64,000 nt of DNA from Eledone cirrhosa (GCA_964016885.1 OZ024756.1:2790001-2854000), one strand, 5' to 3'. Positions 38,625 through 54,211 are shown, counted from the stretch's first letter. Numbers and translations are program-made. Notes: a model not told the origin generated them from the sequence alone.

Positions 38625-38793
38625 CATGCATACATAAATTCATACACACATACATACGTACATATGTACATACATGCATATTTACATACACACATACATA
38701 CATATATTTGTACACATAACATAGGTATGTTTTGTAAGCATATAACCTTATATTCAATTTCTTTCAACTTTGCGAATATGTTCTTATCTGTAT

Positions 38794-38861
<68 letters not shown>

Positions 38862-38876
38862 ATATATATATATATA

Positions 38877-38907
<31 letters not shown>

Positions 38908-38909
38908 TC

Positions 38910-39122
38910 CTAACGATCGACTTTCGTCAAATCGGACCGAGGAAACAGTGTTTCCATTGGTCTTTCCAATTGCTAATACTCTCTATCGGTTGCAAATCCA
39001 GGTAGCAGGAGCAACGTGAAATAAAGTGTCTTGCTCAAGGACATAACGCATCACCTGGTCCAGGAATCGAACTCACAACCTCACGATTGCGAATCCAGTT
39101 CTCTAGCCACTCAGCCACACAC
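38910..39122 (-). mobile_element. S2 SINE
   Basis: Minus strand GTGGCTGAGTGG...GAGTTCGATTCC...TGTCCTTGAGCAAGACACTTTATTTCACGTTGCTCC. Confidence 0.8.
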
Positions 39123-39128
39123 CTTCAC

Positions 39129-39169
<41 letters not shown>

Positions 39170-39944
39170 ATGTGTGTGTGTGTTTGCATATGTATATGTA
39201 TGTGTGTCTAAAGGAATATGTATATGTATGTAAATATATGCATGTATATATATATATGTATGTGATATATATATGTATATGTGTGTGTGTATGTATATAT
39301 ATATATATATATATACGCTTATAAAAGTGCAGCTTTTATAGTTATTAATTATCTTGAATGTGTATTTGCTAATGTACAAGTTATAAAACGTGTGTATGAA
39401 TATATATGTGTGTTTGTCTGTACGTGCGTATGAACATGTGTGTGTGTGTATATGTGTGTGTCTCTCTGTATATGTGTGTTTGTATGTGCGTGTATTTGTG
39501 TGTAAGTAAATGGGAGACAACTTGGTGAGAAAGTGTCAGTACGTGAGCTGCATGGCGAGAGAGTCCGTACTAAAACATCCTTTCAACAGGACTACAATGA
39601 AATAACGCCAACAACAATAGCACGAATATAATAAAGGAGGTATAGAGAGAGAGGGAAGGGGGTACAGAACAGCCGCAGTAACAACAACAACAAGAATACC
39701 ACGAATATAATAGAGGAGGTATATAGAGAGAGGGGGAGGCAGAACAGTAACAACAACAACACCAACAACAACAATAACACGATTATAATAAAGGTGTGTA
39801 GAGAGAAAGGGAGAGTGTGTGGGGCGGACACAATAACAACAACAACAATAGCACGAATATATTGAAGGACGTATAGAGAGGGAGAGGGGACTGAATAGCA
39901 ACAACAACAACAACAAAAATAATAGTAGTAATAAATTGGCGCTA

Positions 39945-41903
39945 CAACTAATATAACTAATATAACTAATATAACTAATATAGCATAACTAATATAATTA
40001 ATACAACTAATATAACTAATATAAGTAATATAACTAACATAACTAATATAAGTAATATAACTAACATACCTAATATAAGTAATATAACTAACATAACTAA
40101 TATAACTAATATAACTAAAATAAATAACATAAATAATATAACTAATATAACTAATATAACTAATATAACTAATATAACTAATATAGCATAATTAATATAA
40201 TTAATAAAACTAATATAACTAATATAAGTAATATAACTAACATAACTAATATAACTAATATAAATAACATAACTAATATAACTAATATAACTAATATAAC
40301 TAACATAACTAATATAACTAATATAACTAATATAACTAATATATTTAACATAACCAATATAACTAACATAACTAATATAACATAACTAATATAACTAATA
40401 CAACTAATATAACTAATATAAGTAATATAACGAATATAACTAACATAACTAATATAACTAATATAACTAATATGAGTAATATAACTGATATAACTTATAT
40501 AACTAATATAACTAGTATAACTAATATAACTAATATAACTAATACAACTGACATAACTAATATAACTAATATAACTAATATAACTAATATAACTAATATA
40601 ACTAATATAATATAACCAATAAAACTAATATAAGTAATATAACTAATATAATATAACTAATATAACTAATATAACTAATATAACTAACATAACTAATATA
40701 ATATAACTAATATAATATAACTAATATAACTAATATAACTAATATAACTAATATAATTAATATAACTGATATAACTAATATAACTAATATAACTAGTATA
40801 ACTAATATAACTAATATAACTAATACAACTGGCATAGCTAATATAACTAATATAACTAATATAACTAATATAACTAATATAACTAATATCACTAATATAA
40901 CTAATGTAAGTAATATAACTAATATAATATAACTAATATAACTAATATAACTAATATAACTAATATAATATAACTAATATAACTAATATAACTAATATAA
41001 CTAATATAACTAATATAACTAATATAACTAATATAATATAACTAATTTAACTAATATAACTAATATAAGTAATATAACTAATATAACTAATATAACTAAT
41101 ATAACTAATATAATTAATACAACTAATATAACTAATATAAGAAATATAACTAATATAACTAATATAAAATACCTAATACAACTAATATAACTAATATAAC
41201 TGGTATAACTAATATAACTAATATAACTAATATAACTAATATAACTAATGTAACTAATATAACTAATGTAACTAATATAACTAATATAATATAACTAATA
41301 TAACTAATATATCTCATATAATATAATTAATATAACTAATATACCTAATATATCTAATATAATATAACTAATATAACTAATATAACTAATATAATTAATA
41401 TAATATAACTAATATAACTAATATAACTAATGTAACTAATATAATTAATATAACTAATATAACTAATATAACTAATATAACTAATATAATATAACTAATA
41501 TAACTAATATAATATAACTAATATAACTAATATAACTAATATACCTAATATATCTAATATAATATAACTAATATAACTAATATAATTAATATAATATAAC
41601 TAATATAACTAATATAACTAATGTAACTAATATAACTAATATAATGTAACTAATATAACTAATATATCTAATATAATATAACTAATATAACTAATATAAT
41701 ATAACTAATATAACTAATATAACTAATGTAACTAATATAAGTAATATAACTGATATAACTAATATAACTAATATAACTAGTATAACTAATATTACTAATA
41801 TAACTAATATAACTAATATAATATAACTAATAAAACTAATATAAGTAATATAACTAATATAATATAACTAATATAACTAATATAACTAATATAACTAACA
41901 TAA
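39945..41903. repeat. 9-bp satellite (AACTAATAT)n
   Basis: Array of about 2 kb. Confidence 0.97.
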
Positions 41904-42099
41904 CTTCCTGCTATTTCAAGAGTTGAACTAATATATTCCTTCCATATACTGTACTGATTGTGTTGTTATTTCTGTTTATACATATATATTATGAATAAGA
42001 GAGACAATGCACACACATACACATACACACACATTCACATTCACACACACACACACACACACACACATACCCACACACACGCACATTCGCACACACACA

Positions 42100-42164
<65 letters not shown>

Positions 42165-42462
42165 GTAGATGTGGTATTTAATTTGTTGGAAGTCCGACAA
42201 ATATATATGTTTATAACTAATTTAGAGCACTCAACAGCTAACTGGAATAAATATTCAATGATATTAAATAAATGGAAACTATATTTATAAAACAATATTT
42301 ATTTTATGGTACGCTTTCATCAGATAAAATACAAAGTTTGTTTTATAAACAGAGACATACCCATGAACATCATACCTTATCGGTTGAATACCTATCCAGT
42401 GAATTTCCAACTGATAAGGTATGCTTTTCATTGGTATGTCTCTATTTATAAAACAAACTTTG

Positions 42463-42527
42463 TATTTTATCTGATGAAAGCGTACCAATGTTGTTTTGGT
42501 TGCCCTTGAAATATATAAAATAAAATA
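42463..42527 (+). ncRNA. Hammerhead motif with a mutated cleavage site in a family H inverted-arm element (42164-42566)
   Basis: TATTTTAT-CTGATGA-AAGcGTACCA...TGGTTGCcCTT-GAAA-TATATA-aA-ATAAAATA. Arms at ~42258-42385 and 42405-42566. Confidence 0.7.
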
Positions 42528-42567
42528 AATATGGTTTTATAAATATAGTTTCCATTTATTTAATATA

Positions 42568-42605
<38 letters not shown>

Positions 42606-42734
42606 TGAATATGTAGAAGACAGAAAGAAGGAATGGTGAGAGAGGCGGAGGGAGGGGGCGGGGCAAAGAACGAGAAAGAAATAAAGAAAGGGGAGAGAAA
42701 GAAAGAAAGAAAGAAAGATGGATTGTTTGGTAAT

Positions 42735-43680
42735 TGAGAAGAGTTTAATAGGAGGAGACGGTGAGATAATATGGCGTCGATGTAAGCGGCCATTTTACTG
42801 TTTCATAGCTAGAGAGAGTTCAATGGAAGAAGACGGTCAGATAATATGGCGGTGGTGTGTTGGAGAGAGTTTAATACGAGGAAACGGTGAGATAATATGG
42901 CGGTGATGTAAGCGGCCATTTTACTGTTTCATAGCTAGAGAGAGTTCAATGGGAGAAGAGGGTCATATAATATGGCGGTGGTGTGTTGGAAGGAGTTCAA
43001 TGGGAGGAGACGGTGAGATAATATGGCGGTGATGTAAGCGGCCATTTTACTGTTTGATAGCTAGAGAGAGTTCAATGGGAGAAGAGGGTCATATAATATG
43101 GCGGTGGTGTGTTGGAGGGAGTTCAATAGGAGGAGACGGTGAGATAATATGGCGGGGGTGTAAGCGGCCATTTTACTGTTTGATAGCTAGAGAGAGTTCA
43201 ATGGGAGAAGACGGTCAGACAATATGGCGGTGGTGTGATGGAGAGAGTTCAATACGAGGAGATGGTGAGATAATATGGCGTCGATGTAAGCGGCCATTTT
43301 ACTGTTTGATAGCTAGAGAGAGTTCAATGGGAGAAGAGGGTCATATAATATGGCGGTGGTGTGTTGGAGGGAGTTCAATGGGAGGAGACGGTGAGATAAT
43401 ATGGCGGGGGTGTAAGCGGCCATTTTACTGTTTGATAGCTAGAGAGAGTTCAATGGGAGAAGATGGTCAGATAATATGGCGGTGGTGTGATGGAGAGAGT
43501 TCAATACGAGGAGACGGTGAGATAATATGGCGGGGGTGTAAGCGGCCATTTTACTGTTTGATAGCTAGAGAGAGTTCAATGGGAGAAGAGGGTCATATAA
43601 TATGGCGGTGGTGTGTTGGAGGGAGTTCAATAGGAGGAGACGGTGAGATAATATGGCGGGGGTGTAAGCGGCCATTTTAT
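42735..43680. repeat. 126-bp tandem repeat with two related subunits and alternating variants
   Basis: GTAAGCGGCCATTTTA occurs at 42782, 42908, 43034, 43160 and onward. Confidence 0.92.
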
Positions 43681-43815
43681 TGAACAATTATGAGTGAAAG
43701 TGAGAAGATTGATCAAGAAGAAAGAAAGAAAAAAAGAGTGAGGAAGGAACTGAAATTATTGGGTTGAATTTAAAATGATGGGAACATTTATTGAAAGGAA
43801 CAGGAGTATGTTACG

Positions 43816-43898
<83 letters not shown>

Positions 43899-44055
43899 GT
43901 ATATATATATTTATACATGCACACACACATACATATATATATGCATGTATGTATGTGTGTGTGTGTGTGGGTGTGGGGGGGGGTATAAAACGCGTATACA
44001 CTCATATGCACTCTTAGGTACGTACATGCATATATACATGCATGTACGCGCACAT

Positions 44056-44086
<31 letters not shown>

Positions 44087-44159
44087 TGGCGAGCAAGAGA
44101 GAGAGAGAGAATGAAAGAGAGAAAGGCCGAGGGAGAAGGATATATATATATATATATAT

Positions 44160-44226
<67 letters not shown>

Positions 44227-44509
44227 GGCCGAAGGATACGAAGGATATATATATATATATATGAAGAGAGGGAGAGAGAGAGAGAGAGATGGTGGTGGGG
44301 AGGCAACGGGATGGAAGAAAAGCGATAAAGATGTGATTCGCCTGAAGTGCCGAGTGTGGTTGAGTGGTGTTATAAAATATTCATGGAGTACTTGAAATGT
44401 GAACGATGAATCAAGTCTAAAAACTGTACACTTGAGTCAAGTACTTGACGGTCGTGGGTCGAACCACGATGTTGTTGATAGACAATGATATGTGGTCGAA
44501 TATACCGCA

Positions 44510-44872
44510 GCAAAGCCACACACACGTACACATATACATACAAATATAGTTAGATACACACTCACGTACATATATATATATACACACACACACACACGCT
44601 TTCTCTTGCTCTCTCTCTCTCTGTGTGTCTCAAAACCACACACATGTACACACATACATACAAATACAGTCAGATACACACTCACGTACATATAGATATA
44701 TATATACACACACACACACACACACGCTTTCTCTTGCTCTCTCTCTCTCTCTCCCTCTCTCTCTGTGTGTGTCTCAAAACCACACACATGTACACATATA
44801 CATACAAATATAGTCAGATACACACTGACGTACATATATATATATATACACACACACACACGCTTTCTCTTG

Positions 44873-44932
<60 letters not shown>

Positions 44933-45173
44933 GTGTCTCAAAACCACACACATGTACACATATACATACAAATATATTCAGATACACACTCACGTACATA
45001 TATATATATATATACACACACACACACGCTTTCTCTTGCTCTCTCTCTCTCTCTTTCTCTCTCTCTCTGTGTCTCAAAACCACACACATGTACACATATA
45101 CATAGAAATATAGTCAGATACACACTCACGTACATATAGATATACACACACACACACACACACGCTTTCTCTT

Positions 45174-45214
<41 letters not shown>

Positions 45215-45320
45215 CTCAAAACCACACACATGTACACATATACATACAAATACAGTCAGATACACACTCACGTACATATATATATACACACACACACACG
45301 CTTTCTCTTGCTCTCTCTTG

Positions 45321-45352
<32 letters not shown>

Positions 45353-45570
45353 GTGTCTCAAAACCACACACATGTACACATATACATACAAATATAGTCA
45401 GATACACACTCACGTACATATATATATATACACACACACACGCTTTCTCTTGCCCTCTCTCTCTCTCTCTCACTGTGTGTCTCAAAACCATACGCATACA
45501 TATACATACAAATACAGTCAGATACACACTCACACACATATAGATATATACACACACACTCGCTCTTCCT
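44510..45570. repeat. ~150-bp tandem repeat built from CA/TA/CT microsatellite blocks
   Basis: GTCTCAAAACCACACACATGTACAC...AGATACACACTCACG recurs about 7 times. Confidence 0.85.
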
Positions 45571-46395
45571 CAATCTCTCTCTCACACCTAAACATACATA
45601 CAATTACAGTCAGATTCACACACACATACACACGCATAATTATACACACACATACTCGCTTTTTCTTGCTCTCTCTCCCTCAAAACCACACACATACACT
45701 TACATATACACATAAAGAGAGTCAGATGCACACATTCACATACATAGTTATATACATACACACTCGTTTACACTACTTTCTATTTCTTTTTTCTCTCTTT
45801 CTCTTTCTTTCTGCCTCAAACCACACACACACACACATAAATACACTCATATATATACACACACACACATAAATACACTCATATATATACACACACACAC
45901 ATAAATACACTCATATATACACACACACACATAAATACACTCATATATACACACACACACACATAAATACACTCATATATACACACGCACACATTTATAC
46001 ACACACACATAAATACACCCATATATATACACACACACATAAATACACTCATATATACACACACACATAAATACACTCATATACACACACACACACATAA
46101 ATACACTCATATATACACACACACACATAAATACACTCATATATACACACACACATAAATACACTCATATATACACACACATAAATACACTCATATATAC
46201 ACACACACATACATACACTCATATATACACACACACACATACATACACTCATATATACACACACACACATACACTCATATATACACACACACACACTTGC
46301 TTTCTCTCGCTCTCTATCTCTTTCTTTCTCTCTCAAAACCACATATACACATACGTACACTCACACACATATAGTTATATATACATACATGTACA

Positions 46396-46427
<32 letters not shown>

Positions 46428-47159
46428 AACTGTCTATATTTCTCTCTCTCTCTCCCTCTCTTTCTCACTCTCTTTATTTCTCTCTCTCTCTCCCTCTCTT
46501 TCTGTCTCTTTGTCTCTCTCCCTCTCTTTCTCACTCTCTTTATTTCTCTCTCTCTCTCTCTCTCCCTCTCTTTCTGTCTCTTTGTCTGTCTCTCTCTCTC
46601 TCCCTCTCTTTCTCACTCTCTTTATTTCTCCCCCCCTCTCTTTCTGTCTCTTTGTCTGTCTCTCTCTCACCCTCTCTTTCTCACTCTTTTTATTTCTCTC
46701 TCTCCCCCTCTCTTTCTGTCTCTTTGTCTGTCTGTCTCTCTCCCTCTCTTTCTCACCCTCTTTATTTCTCTCTATATATATCCCCCTCTCTTTGTCTCTC
46801 TCTCTATATCTATAGATATCCCCCTCTCCCTCTCCCTCCCCCCTCTCTCTCATATATGAGAGTTATCCTCCAATACTATTCTATCTACCCAACCCCGTAT
46901 GTTGTAACTCTCATCATTCCATCTTAATGTCCTCCAAGATATATCCCCCCCCCTCTCCTTATATATTTCCTACTTCCTATCAAAATCTAAATATTAAATA
47001 CTATCACCTTAGCTTCCGGCTTTCTCTCTTTACCTTTCCTATATTCTCGTCTCTTATTTTCTCCTTTCTCTTCCTACGACAACAGAACCCTTTTAAACCC
47101 GCCACCACCATCACACCTCCGCCGCACGTTCTTCTCTGATTGCATTTTCTTTCTAAGGA

Positions 47160-47550
47160 TTGTGGAATGACAGTAATCGGTAGAGCGTCAGACAATATGC
47201 TTTACAGCATAGAGTTATGGCCCTTTACCTTCTGAGTTCAAATCCTGCCGAGGTTAGTTTTGTCTTTCATCCTTACTTGATCGATAAAATAAAATATCAA
47301 CAAATTAGATTTTCCACTCCCCCAAAATTTGCTGGCCTTGTGCCTAAATCAGAAAACCTTATTGTTCCCTTCTCGCACGGGTGGTAGGTTGGTAGAATCG
47401 TTAGAGCGACAGACAAAATGATTCGTAGTATTTTACCTTTTGAGTTCAAACTCCACACTTCTCTACTGTGTCGTTCATCCTTCCGATAACAACAAAATAA
47501 AGTACCAGTAAAAAACTGGGGTCGATATTATCGACTTTCTCTTCCCCATA
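47160..47550 (+). mobile_element. Two degenerate S1 SINE copies
   Basis: GAGTTCAAA...TTCATCCTT...AAAATAAA motifs occur twice. Confidence 0.65.
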
Positions 47551-47552
47551 AA

Positions 47553-48367
47553 TGGGGTGCTCCCTTGATCTGTCATCTTCCTCACCTATAGTCTGATGTA
47601 GAGTGAAGGCCCATTCACACGGGCCATTCTCGCCACTTTCACCCATCTTTCATAAAAACGGCTGGGGTGCAGCACCTCTCTCTCCATCCTGATCCTTCTT
47701 CCGAAATGATATCGGAAGAAACGGACCAGTTGTTGGCCAGAGAGAAAGGTGTCTGACCTCAGTCCTTTCAGACGCGTCCACCATACAACCTCTTTCGCCA
47801 TGGCTATTACGCACAGAAACACCGCCTCTCCTTCGTTTTTGAAGAGGGGAGGTGGCTTGATCGTTACAATGGACTCGGTGGTCAACCGGATCGGTCCCAC
47901 CCTTGACAGCAGTTGTTCGACATAGCCCCACAGATCGGCAATGCCCGAGCAGTGTACCAATACGTGTGCAACAGTTTCCTCGTCGCACACGCATCTGGGA
48001 CAGATCTTTTTCGAGGGGTCCCTACCCGAGCGCCCGTGTCTGTAGAGCCTTTCTCGAACGGGCAGAGCCCCTCGGTAGCACTGCCAGGCCAGAGACCTCT
48101 GGAAGTTATCCATGGGTCCCGGGCTGAATGTCCTACCGAACAGGTTGGCCAGTTCGTCTTTCTCCATGCCTAGGGCTTCTCCGAGAGCGTCGTCGCAGCT
48201 GCTAACCACCAGCCCTCTATAGAATGACGAGGTGGATTCTCCACTGACAGCCGGGTCCGCCTGCCAGAGAGCCGTGAGCGCCTGGGCACACTCGGTGTGC
48301 CAGGCGCTCAGTTTTCTCGGTCTTTGCTTGACCCAGGATTGCAGTTCGGTAAGTGAGACGAGTCTAG
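47553..48367 (-). pseudogene. 5'-truncated copy of the Tx1-like LINE (ORF2 C-terminus)
   Basis: The peptide LVSLTELQSWVKQRPRKL...ARMARVNGPSLYI closely matches the ORF2 end at 27053-27829. Confidence 0.95.
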
Positions 48368-48385
48368 CTATATAAACATATGTAC

Positions 48386-48432
<47 letters not shown>

Positions 48433-48541
48433 TATGTAAATATAAATGAAAATAGAGAAATTAATGTGAGCAAGAAGCCAATAGTATTTCATAATATATA
48501 AGTATATATATATATGTGTGTGTGTGTATGTATGTATCTAT

Positions 48542-48609
<68 letters not shown>

Positions 48610-48627
48610 ATCTATGTATGTATATAT

Positions 48628-49458
48628 GTCAGGTCACCAGTTGGTGCTACTGGTAACATGTATCCCAGTACAACCTGTCCCATGGTCGGGTCGTTGGCGA
48701 CTAAACTGGCAACCCCACCAAGGTTTCTTGGTGAGGAGGGTGACTTTGGACATCCTGCAGGACTAAAAACAAAACCTGTCAAAGGTTCTGGCATGCAATG
48801 GGTCGGTAGTTTTTTGCCAAGTGGGTATCTTTGTTCTTGGGTACCAGTAACGTTTGTGCTAATGTCAACCATTCTGGTATAAGTGTATCTCCATTAAGAA
48901 CTTGTTGGTAGAGGTCAGTAAGATACCTCCGATAGAATATCAGTCTTTTGTACCATAGCCCACAATCATGTCTCTTCCTGGTGTTTTCTTATCACAGTCT
49001 CAGTGGTACCCTCACTTATTTCGTATGTTTTTGTTGTAGTGTTTTTGTTGTAGTGTTTTTGTTGTATGTATGTATGTCAAAGCAGAATTCTAGGAGAAGG
49101 AAAACTCTGATATAACACCTGCAACTCTTATGGTATCCAATGATGTTGACTTGTTCTTCGTTTGGGTAAATATCATCTTGGTTAAGAGAGTGGGACTGGC
49201 TTTGTGCAGTGCCTTTGCTCACTATAAAAGCTTCACAGCACAGGCATTTCTTTATATCTGGAGATCTCTCTGCACTTGTCGTCACATGGTACCATGGGCC
49301 CAGCACTATGTGTCAATAATTGTCACAAGTGTAGTGTTTGTACCAGAGTTTTCAAGTCGCTGGCTGGACTAAAAAGTCACACTTGTTCAGCGCATCGGTA
49401 GGGGTTCTCCTACATGGATATAAAGTAGTGGCCATACTCCAAAACGAGTTGGCAGCCA

Positions 49459-49462
<4 letters not shown>
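48628..49462 (-). pseudogene. Decayed LINE 5'/APE endonuclease region (RTE-like)
   Basis: Frameshifted remnants (TLYP...CDF, AFIVSK). About 380 bp is duplicated at 51330-51714. Confidence 0.45.
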
Positions 49463-49494
<32 letters not shown>

Positions 49495-50126
49495 TCAAGG
49501 TTTAGCAAATAAGAAAAAGTTTTAAAATAAATTTCAAAAAATTCACTGTACTCACTATTGTTACCTTTACCGAATCAGTTTCGAGTCTCAAAAATAAATG
49601 GACAGTCCTTGCGGGCTTCCATTGAAACGATAAACTCTCGTCAGAAGGTTCTTTTTACTCGGAGAATATAAAATTCCCGAGTTCAAATTACGAACTGGCG
49701 CTATTCAAAATTGTTCCCGAGATGAGAATGAATGATGTGGAAACAATTCTGTCCAGTGCGGTGTGTGAAGATAGAAGCAGAGGCAGGGAGGTCAGTCTAC
49801 TACCACTATAAATAGCAGCAGTCAAAACGACCAAATTTTATCTCGACGAAGAGGAGAATAATAATAATAAAGTATATATCCCTACACGCAAAAAACGAAC
49901 AGGGACACATGTATTGTCCAACCATATGCCAATGTGGTTCAATGGAAGGTTAATAAATTAACGAGCCAGAACATATATAATCAAGGTTTAGCAAATAAGA
50001 AAAAGTTTCAAAATAAATTTCAAAACATTCACTGTACTTACTATGGTTACCTTTACCGAATCGGTTTCGAGTCTCAAAAATAAATGGACAGTCCTTGCGG
50101 GCTTCCATTGAAAAGATAAACTCTCG

Positions 50127-50127
<1 letters not shown>
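49495..50127 (-). mobile_element. Family K element: 1.3 tandem units of 486 bp between (TA)n tracts
   Basis: 49495-49640 is repeated at 49981-50127. Confidence 0.85.
49563..49649 (-). ncRNA. Type I hammerhead ribozyme with a long GCAA-capped stem II
   Basis: ACCTT-CTGACGA-GAGTTT...AATGGA..CC-GCAA-GG..TCCATT...AGACTC-GAAA-CTGA-T-TCGG-TA-AAGGT. Confidence 0.85.
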
Positions 50128-50213
<86 letters not shown>

Positions 50214-51181
50214 CAAAAATAGATTTCTATCTGCATTGGAATTTACGAATTTGTGCATCTGCTGTGGTGTCAAAAACAAACGCACATGACCGCACAGATA
50301 AACAATGGACTATGCCACGTGGCTTGAACCTGTAAGTGAATTGAAGGTTCTGTAACTCTGATATACAGATTTATTATTAAGATGTATAAACTTGACAAAA
50401 CTATTATCATCTTATATTCTCTCAACTCATCACGTTTGATCATATTTCTCTATCCCGTTTTCTCCCTCCATAATTATGATATTTTTATTTGAAAATATCG
50501 GTTTTTTTACATTGCGTTTTCCCCTTCAAATACTTGCTTATATTTCTTTATATATTCTCTATATATTTTTTTAATATATATATTTTTTATCTTTATTCTT
50601 ATTTTTACTTTTATCCTCCTTTATATTTTACCTTATTCTTACTTTTATACCTTATTATAGTGTAATCTTCCCCATGCCTTATTATACATTATACATTAGA
50701 AAATAAAGTACCAGTAATGCACTGGGTAATTGCTGGCCTTGTGCCTAAAGTAGAAACAATTAATTATAGATTATTATTATTACTCTTTTTCCATTTCTAA
50801 TTACCTCATGTACTTTCTCCTACGTTATATATATATTGTATGCCCTTTGTATGTGTGTAGCCTCTGCACACCCTCTGCACCCTACTATTGACGCCACCCC
50901 ATCTATGGTTCAGCTAACCACTCGACTCCCGGGAATGAATATGACCGCAGCTAGTAAACAAGGACCCACACCCCACCCTCCCGCACCAAAATTAGACTTA
51001 TCGTCCCCTACTTTTGCTCTTTACTCTCTTTACTCTTTGTTCTTGAATGTTTGGTTGGTAGAGTCCATAACACCAATCAAATCTCTTTTATAGCTCTGAC
51101 GAATCCTACGGTTGCGTAAGGAAGAAACATTGTAAGCCAATAAAAATCTTTTGATGTTGTAGACGCTCTTGTGTTCTTTAT

Positions 51182-51212
<31 letters not shown>

Positions 51213-51254
51213 GTTTGTCTGTCTGTCTGTCTGTATGTATATATGTATGTATGT

Positions 51255-51714
51255 ATCAAAGGGAAAAGGAGCTCTTAAGAGTCAATGGCCATCCAAAATC
51301 ACCGGGAGAGATGACCACTTAGCCTTTGTCAAGGCAGAATTCTAGGAGAAGGAAAACTCTGATATAACACCTGCATCCCTGATGGTATCCAATGATGTTG
51401 ACTTGTTCTTCTTTTTGGTAAATATCATCTTGGTTAAGAGAGTGGGACTGGCTTTGTGCAGTGCCTTTGCTCACTATAAAAGCTTCACAGCACAGGCATT
51501 GCTTTATATCTGCAGATCTCTCTGCACTTGACGTCACATGGTACCATGGGCCCAGCACTATGTGTCAATAATTGTCACAAGTGTAGTGTTTGTACCAGAG
51601 TTTTCAAGTCGCTGGCTGGACTAAAAAGTCACACTTGTTCAACGCATCGGTAGAGGTTCTCCTACACGGATATAAAGTAGTGGCCGTACTCGAAAACGAG
51701 TTGGCAGCCACCAT
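51255..51714 (-). pseudogene. Second copy of the decayed LINE fragment
   Basis: Near-identical to 49075-49462. Confidence 0.5.
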
Positions 51715-53089
51715 ATGTATACATACATACATACATATATACATATATACAGACAGACAAACATATATATATATACACATATATATATATATGTTTGTCT
51801 GTCCGTATATATGTATATATGTATGTATATATGTATGTATGTATATGTATGTGTACGACCACCTCTCATTCAATATGGTGGATTGTACAACCGTGCAATT
51901 TGTACAGAGATTGATTGTCCCCGCCAGGTTTGGTTACAGTCGATCAAATGAAATTTAATTATATTTTCTGTGTGTGTGTGTCTGTGTGTCTGTGTGTATG
52001 TGTGTGTGTGTCTGTATGTATGTGTGTGTGTCTGTCTGTGTGTGTGTGTGTTCGTGTGTGAGTGTGTGTCTTTGTGTCTGTGTGTGTGTGTCTGTGTGCC
52101 GTGTGTGTCTGTGTATGTCTGTCCGTGTGTGTGTGTCTGTGTGTTCGTGTGTGTGTGTGTGCGTGTCTGTGTGTGTGTGTACATGATGTGTATGTGTGTA
52201 TGTCTGTGTATGTGTGTCTGTGTATGTGTGTCTGTGTGTCTGTGTGTGTGTGTGTCTGTGTGCCGTGTGTGTCTGTGTATGTGTGTCCGTGTGTGTGTGT
52301 GTGTCTGTGTGTTCGTGTGTGTGTGTGCGTGTCTGTGTGTGTGTGTACATGATGTGTATGTGTGTATGTCTGTGTTAGTCTGTGTATGTGTATGTGTGTC
52401 TGTGTGTGTGTGTGTGCAAATGTGTGTGTGTACATGATGTTTGTGTATGTATGTCTGTGTATGTGTATCTGTGTATGTGTGTATGTATCTGTGTCTGTGT
52501 GTGTGTATGTGTGTGTGTACATGATGTTTGTGTATGTATGTCTGTGTATGTGTATCTGTGTATGTGTATCTGTGTATGTGTGTATGTATGTGTGTATGTA
52601 TGTGTGTCTGTGTGTGTGTATGTGTGTGTGTGCAAATGTGTAATATTTCTACTTTACATTTTTATTCATTCTCCAAACATCTCTCTCCCCTTCTCCCTCC
52701 TTTTCTCTCCCTTCTCTCTTTCTCTCCCTTCTCTCTCACTTTCCCCCGTCTCTCCCCTTCTCTATTTATCTCCCCTTCTCTCTTTTTCCACATCACTCTT
52801 TCTCACCCCCTCTCTCTCCCTCTGTAACTATTGTTTCGTTTTTCTCTTAGTCGTCTTACCTTTTATCACTCACTCTCACTCTCTCTCACTCTCACTCTCT
52901 CTCACTCTCACTCTCTCACACTCACACTCTCACTCTTACTCTCTCTCTCTCTCACTCCCTCTCCTCTCTCTCTCACACTCTCACTCTCACTCTCTATCTC
53001 TCTCTCTCCTACTCTCACTCTCACTCTCTCTCTCCCACTATCTCTCTCTCTCACACTCTCACTCTCACTCTCTCTCTCTCTCACTCTCA

Positions 53090-53120
<31 letters not shown>

Positions 53121-53297
53121 TCTCACCCTCACTCTCTCTCTCTCACACTTTCACACTATCTCTCTCTCTCTCACACTCTCACTCACTCTCTCTCTCTCTC
53201 TCAGTTGTGTTCCATTCTCTATTCTGTTTCCTTCTGGCTCATCAACACACATATACACTCCTCCCTTCCTCTCTCTCTCTCTCTTTACACACACACA

Positions 53298-53332
<35 letters not shown>

Positions 53333-54211
53333 GACACCCTCTCTCCCCCTCTCTCTCTCTACACACACACATACAAACTCTCTCCCCCCTCTCTCTATAC
53401 ACACACATACAAACTCTCTCTCTCTTCTCATATCCTTTATATGTGTCCATATCTTTTCCAGTATTTATAACTCCTTCACCTTCCACCCAATCTATTTTCT
53501 CTCCCCCACTCCACCACTACTCCTCTCCCTCATTCTAACACCCCCACCACCGCTCCCTCACTCCAGCCCCCACCACCACTCCCACACACCAGCCCCCACC
53601 ACCACTCCATCCAACACACTCAATTATCTGACCTCTGTCCACCCCACTAGACACACCACACCACCCCTATCTGACATATCTCTAGGCAGTAAACTCTACC
53701 ACATACGGCCATTGTCACTATCCATTTCACTATCACTTTAACATGGTCGTCTGCTACGCTTCTTCCAATCTCAAGTGGTCGTCTGCTTTTGTTGTTCGTT
53801 CTGTCTTAGGATAAACTTCTTTGTTCATATTACTAAAACATCCTTCTCGTTTACACGAGTAGCGAACAAGAGGCCTTCTCTGTGGTCACTTAAACTGCTA
53901 GACATAACAGTCAAATTTCATGAAAAACCACAAGTGAACAGAAGAAGCCTCGATATAACCGCTGAAGCTACTAGAAATAACGAAGAAATCTCCTTTAAAT
54001 CATACACCAAGAAGAACCACACCGTAGTTACACAAACTGCCAGAAATAACAAACGAATGTGTAATATATATATATATCAACATATAGAGAGAAGAACACA
54101 TAGAGATATGTATTCAATCAGAAGGGATTTAACTCCACTTTTTAATTATACGTATATATATATATATAAAGAGACAGAGAGACAGAGCGATAGACAGATA
54201 TATATATATAT

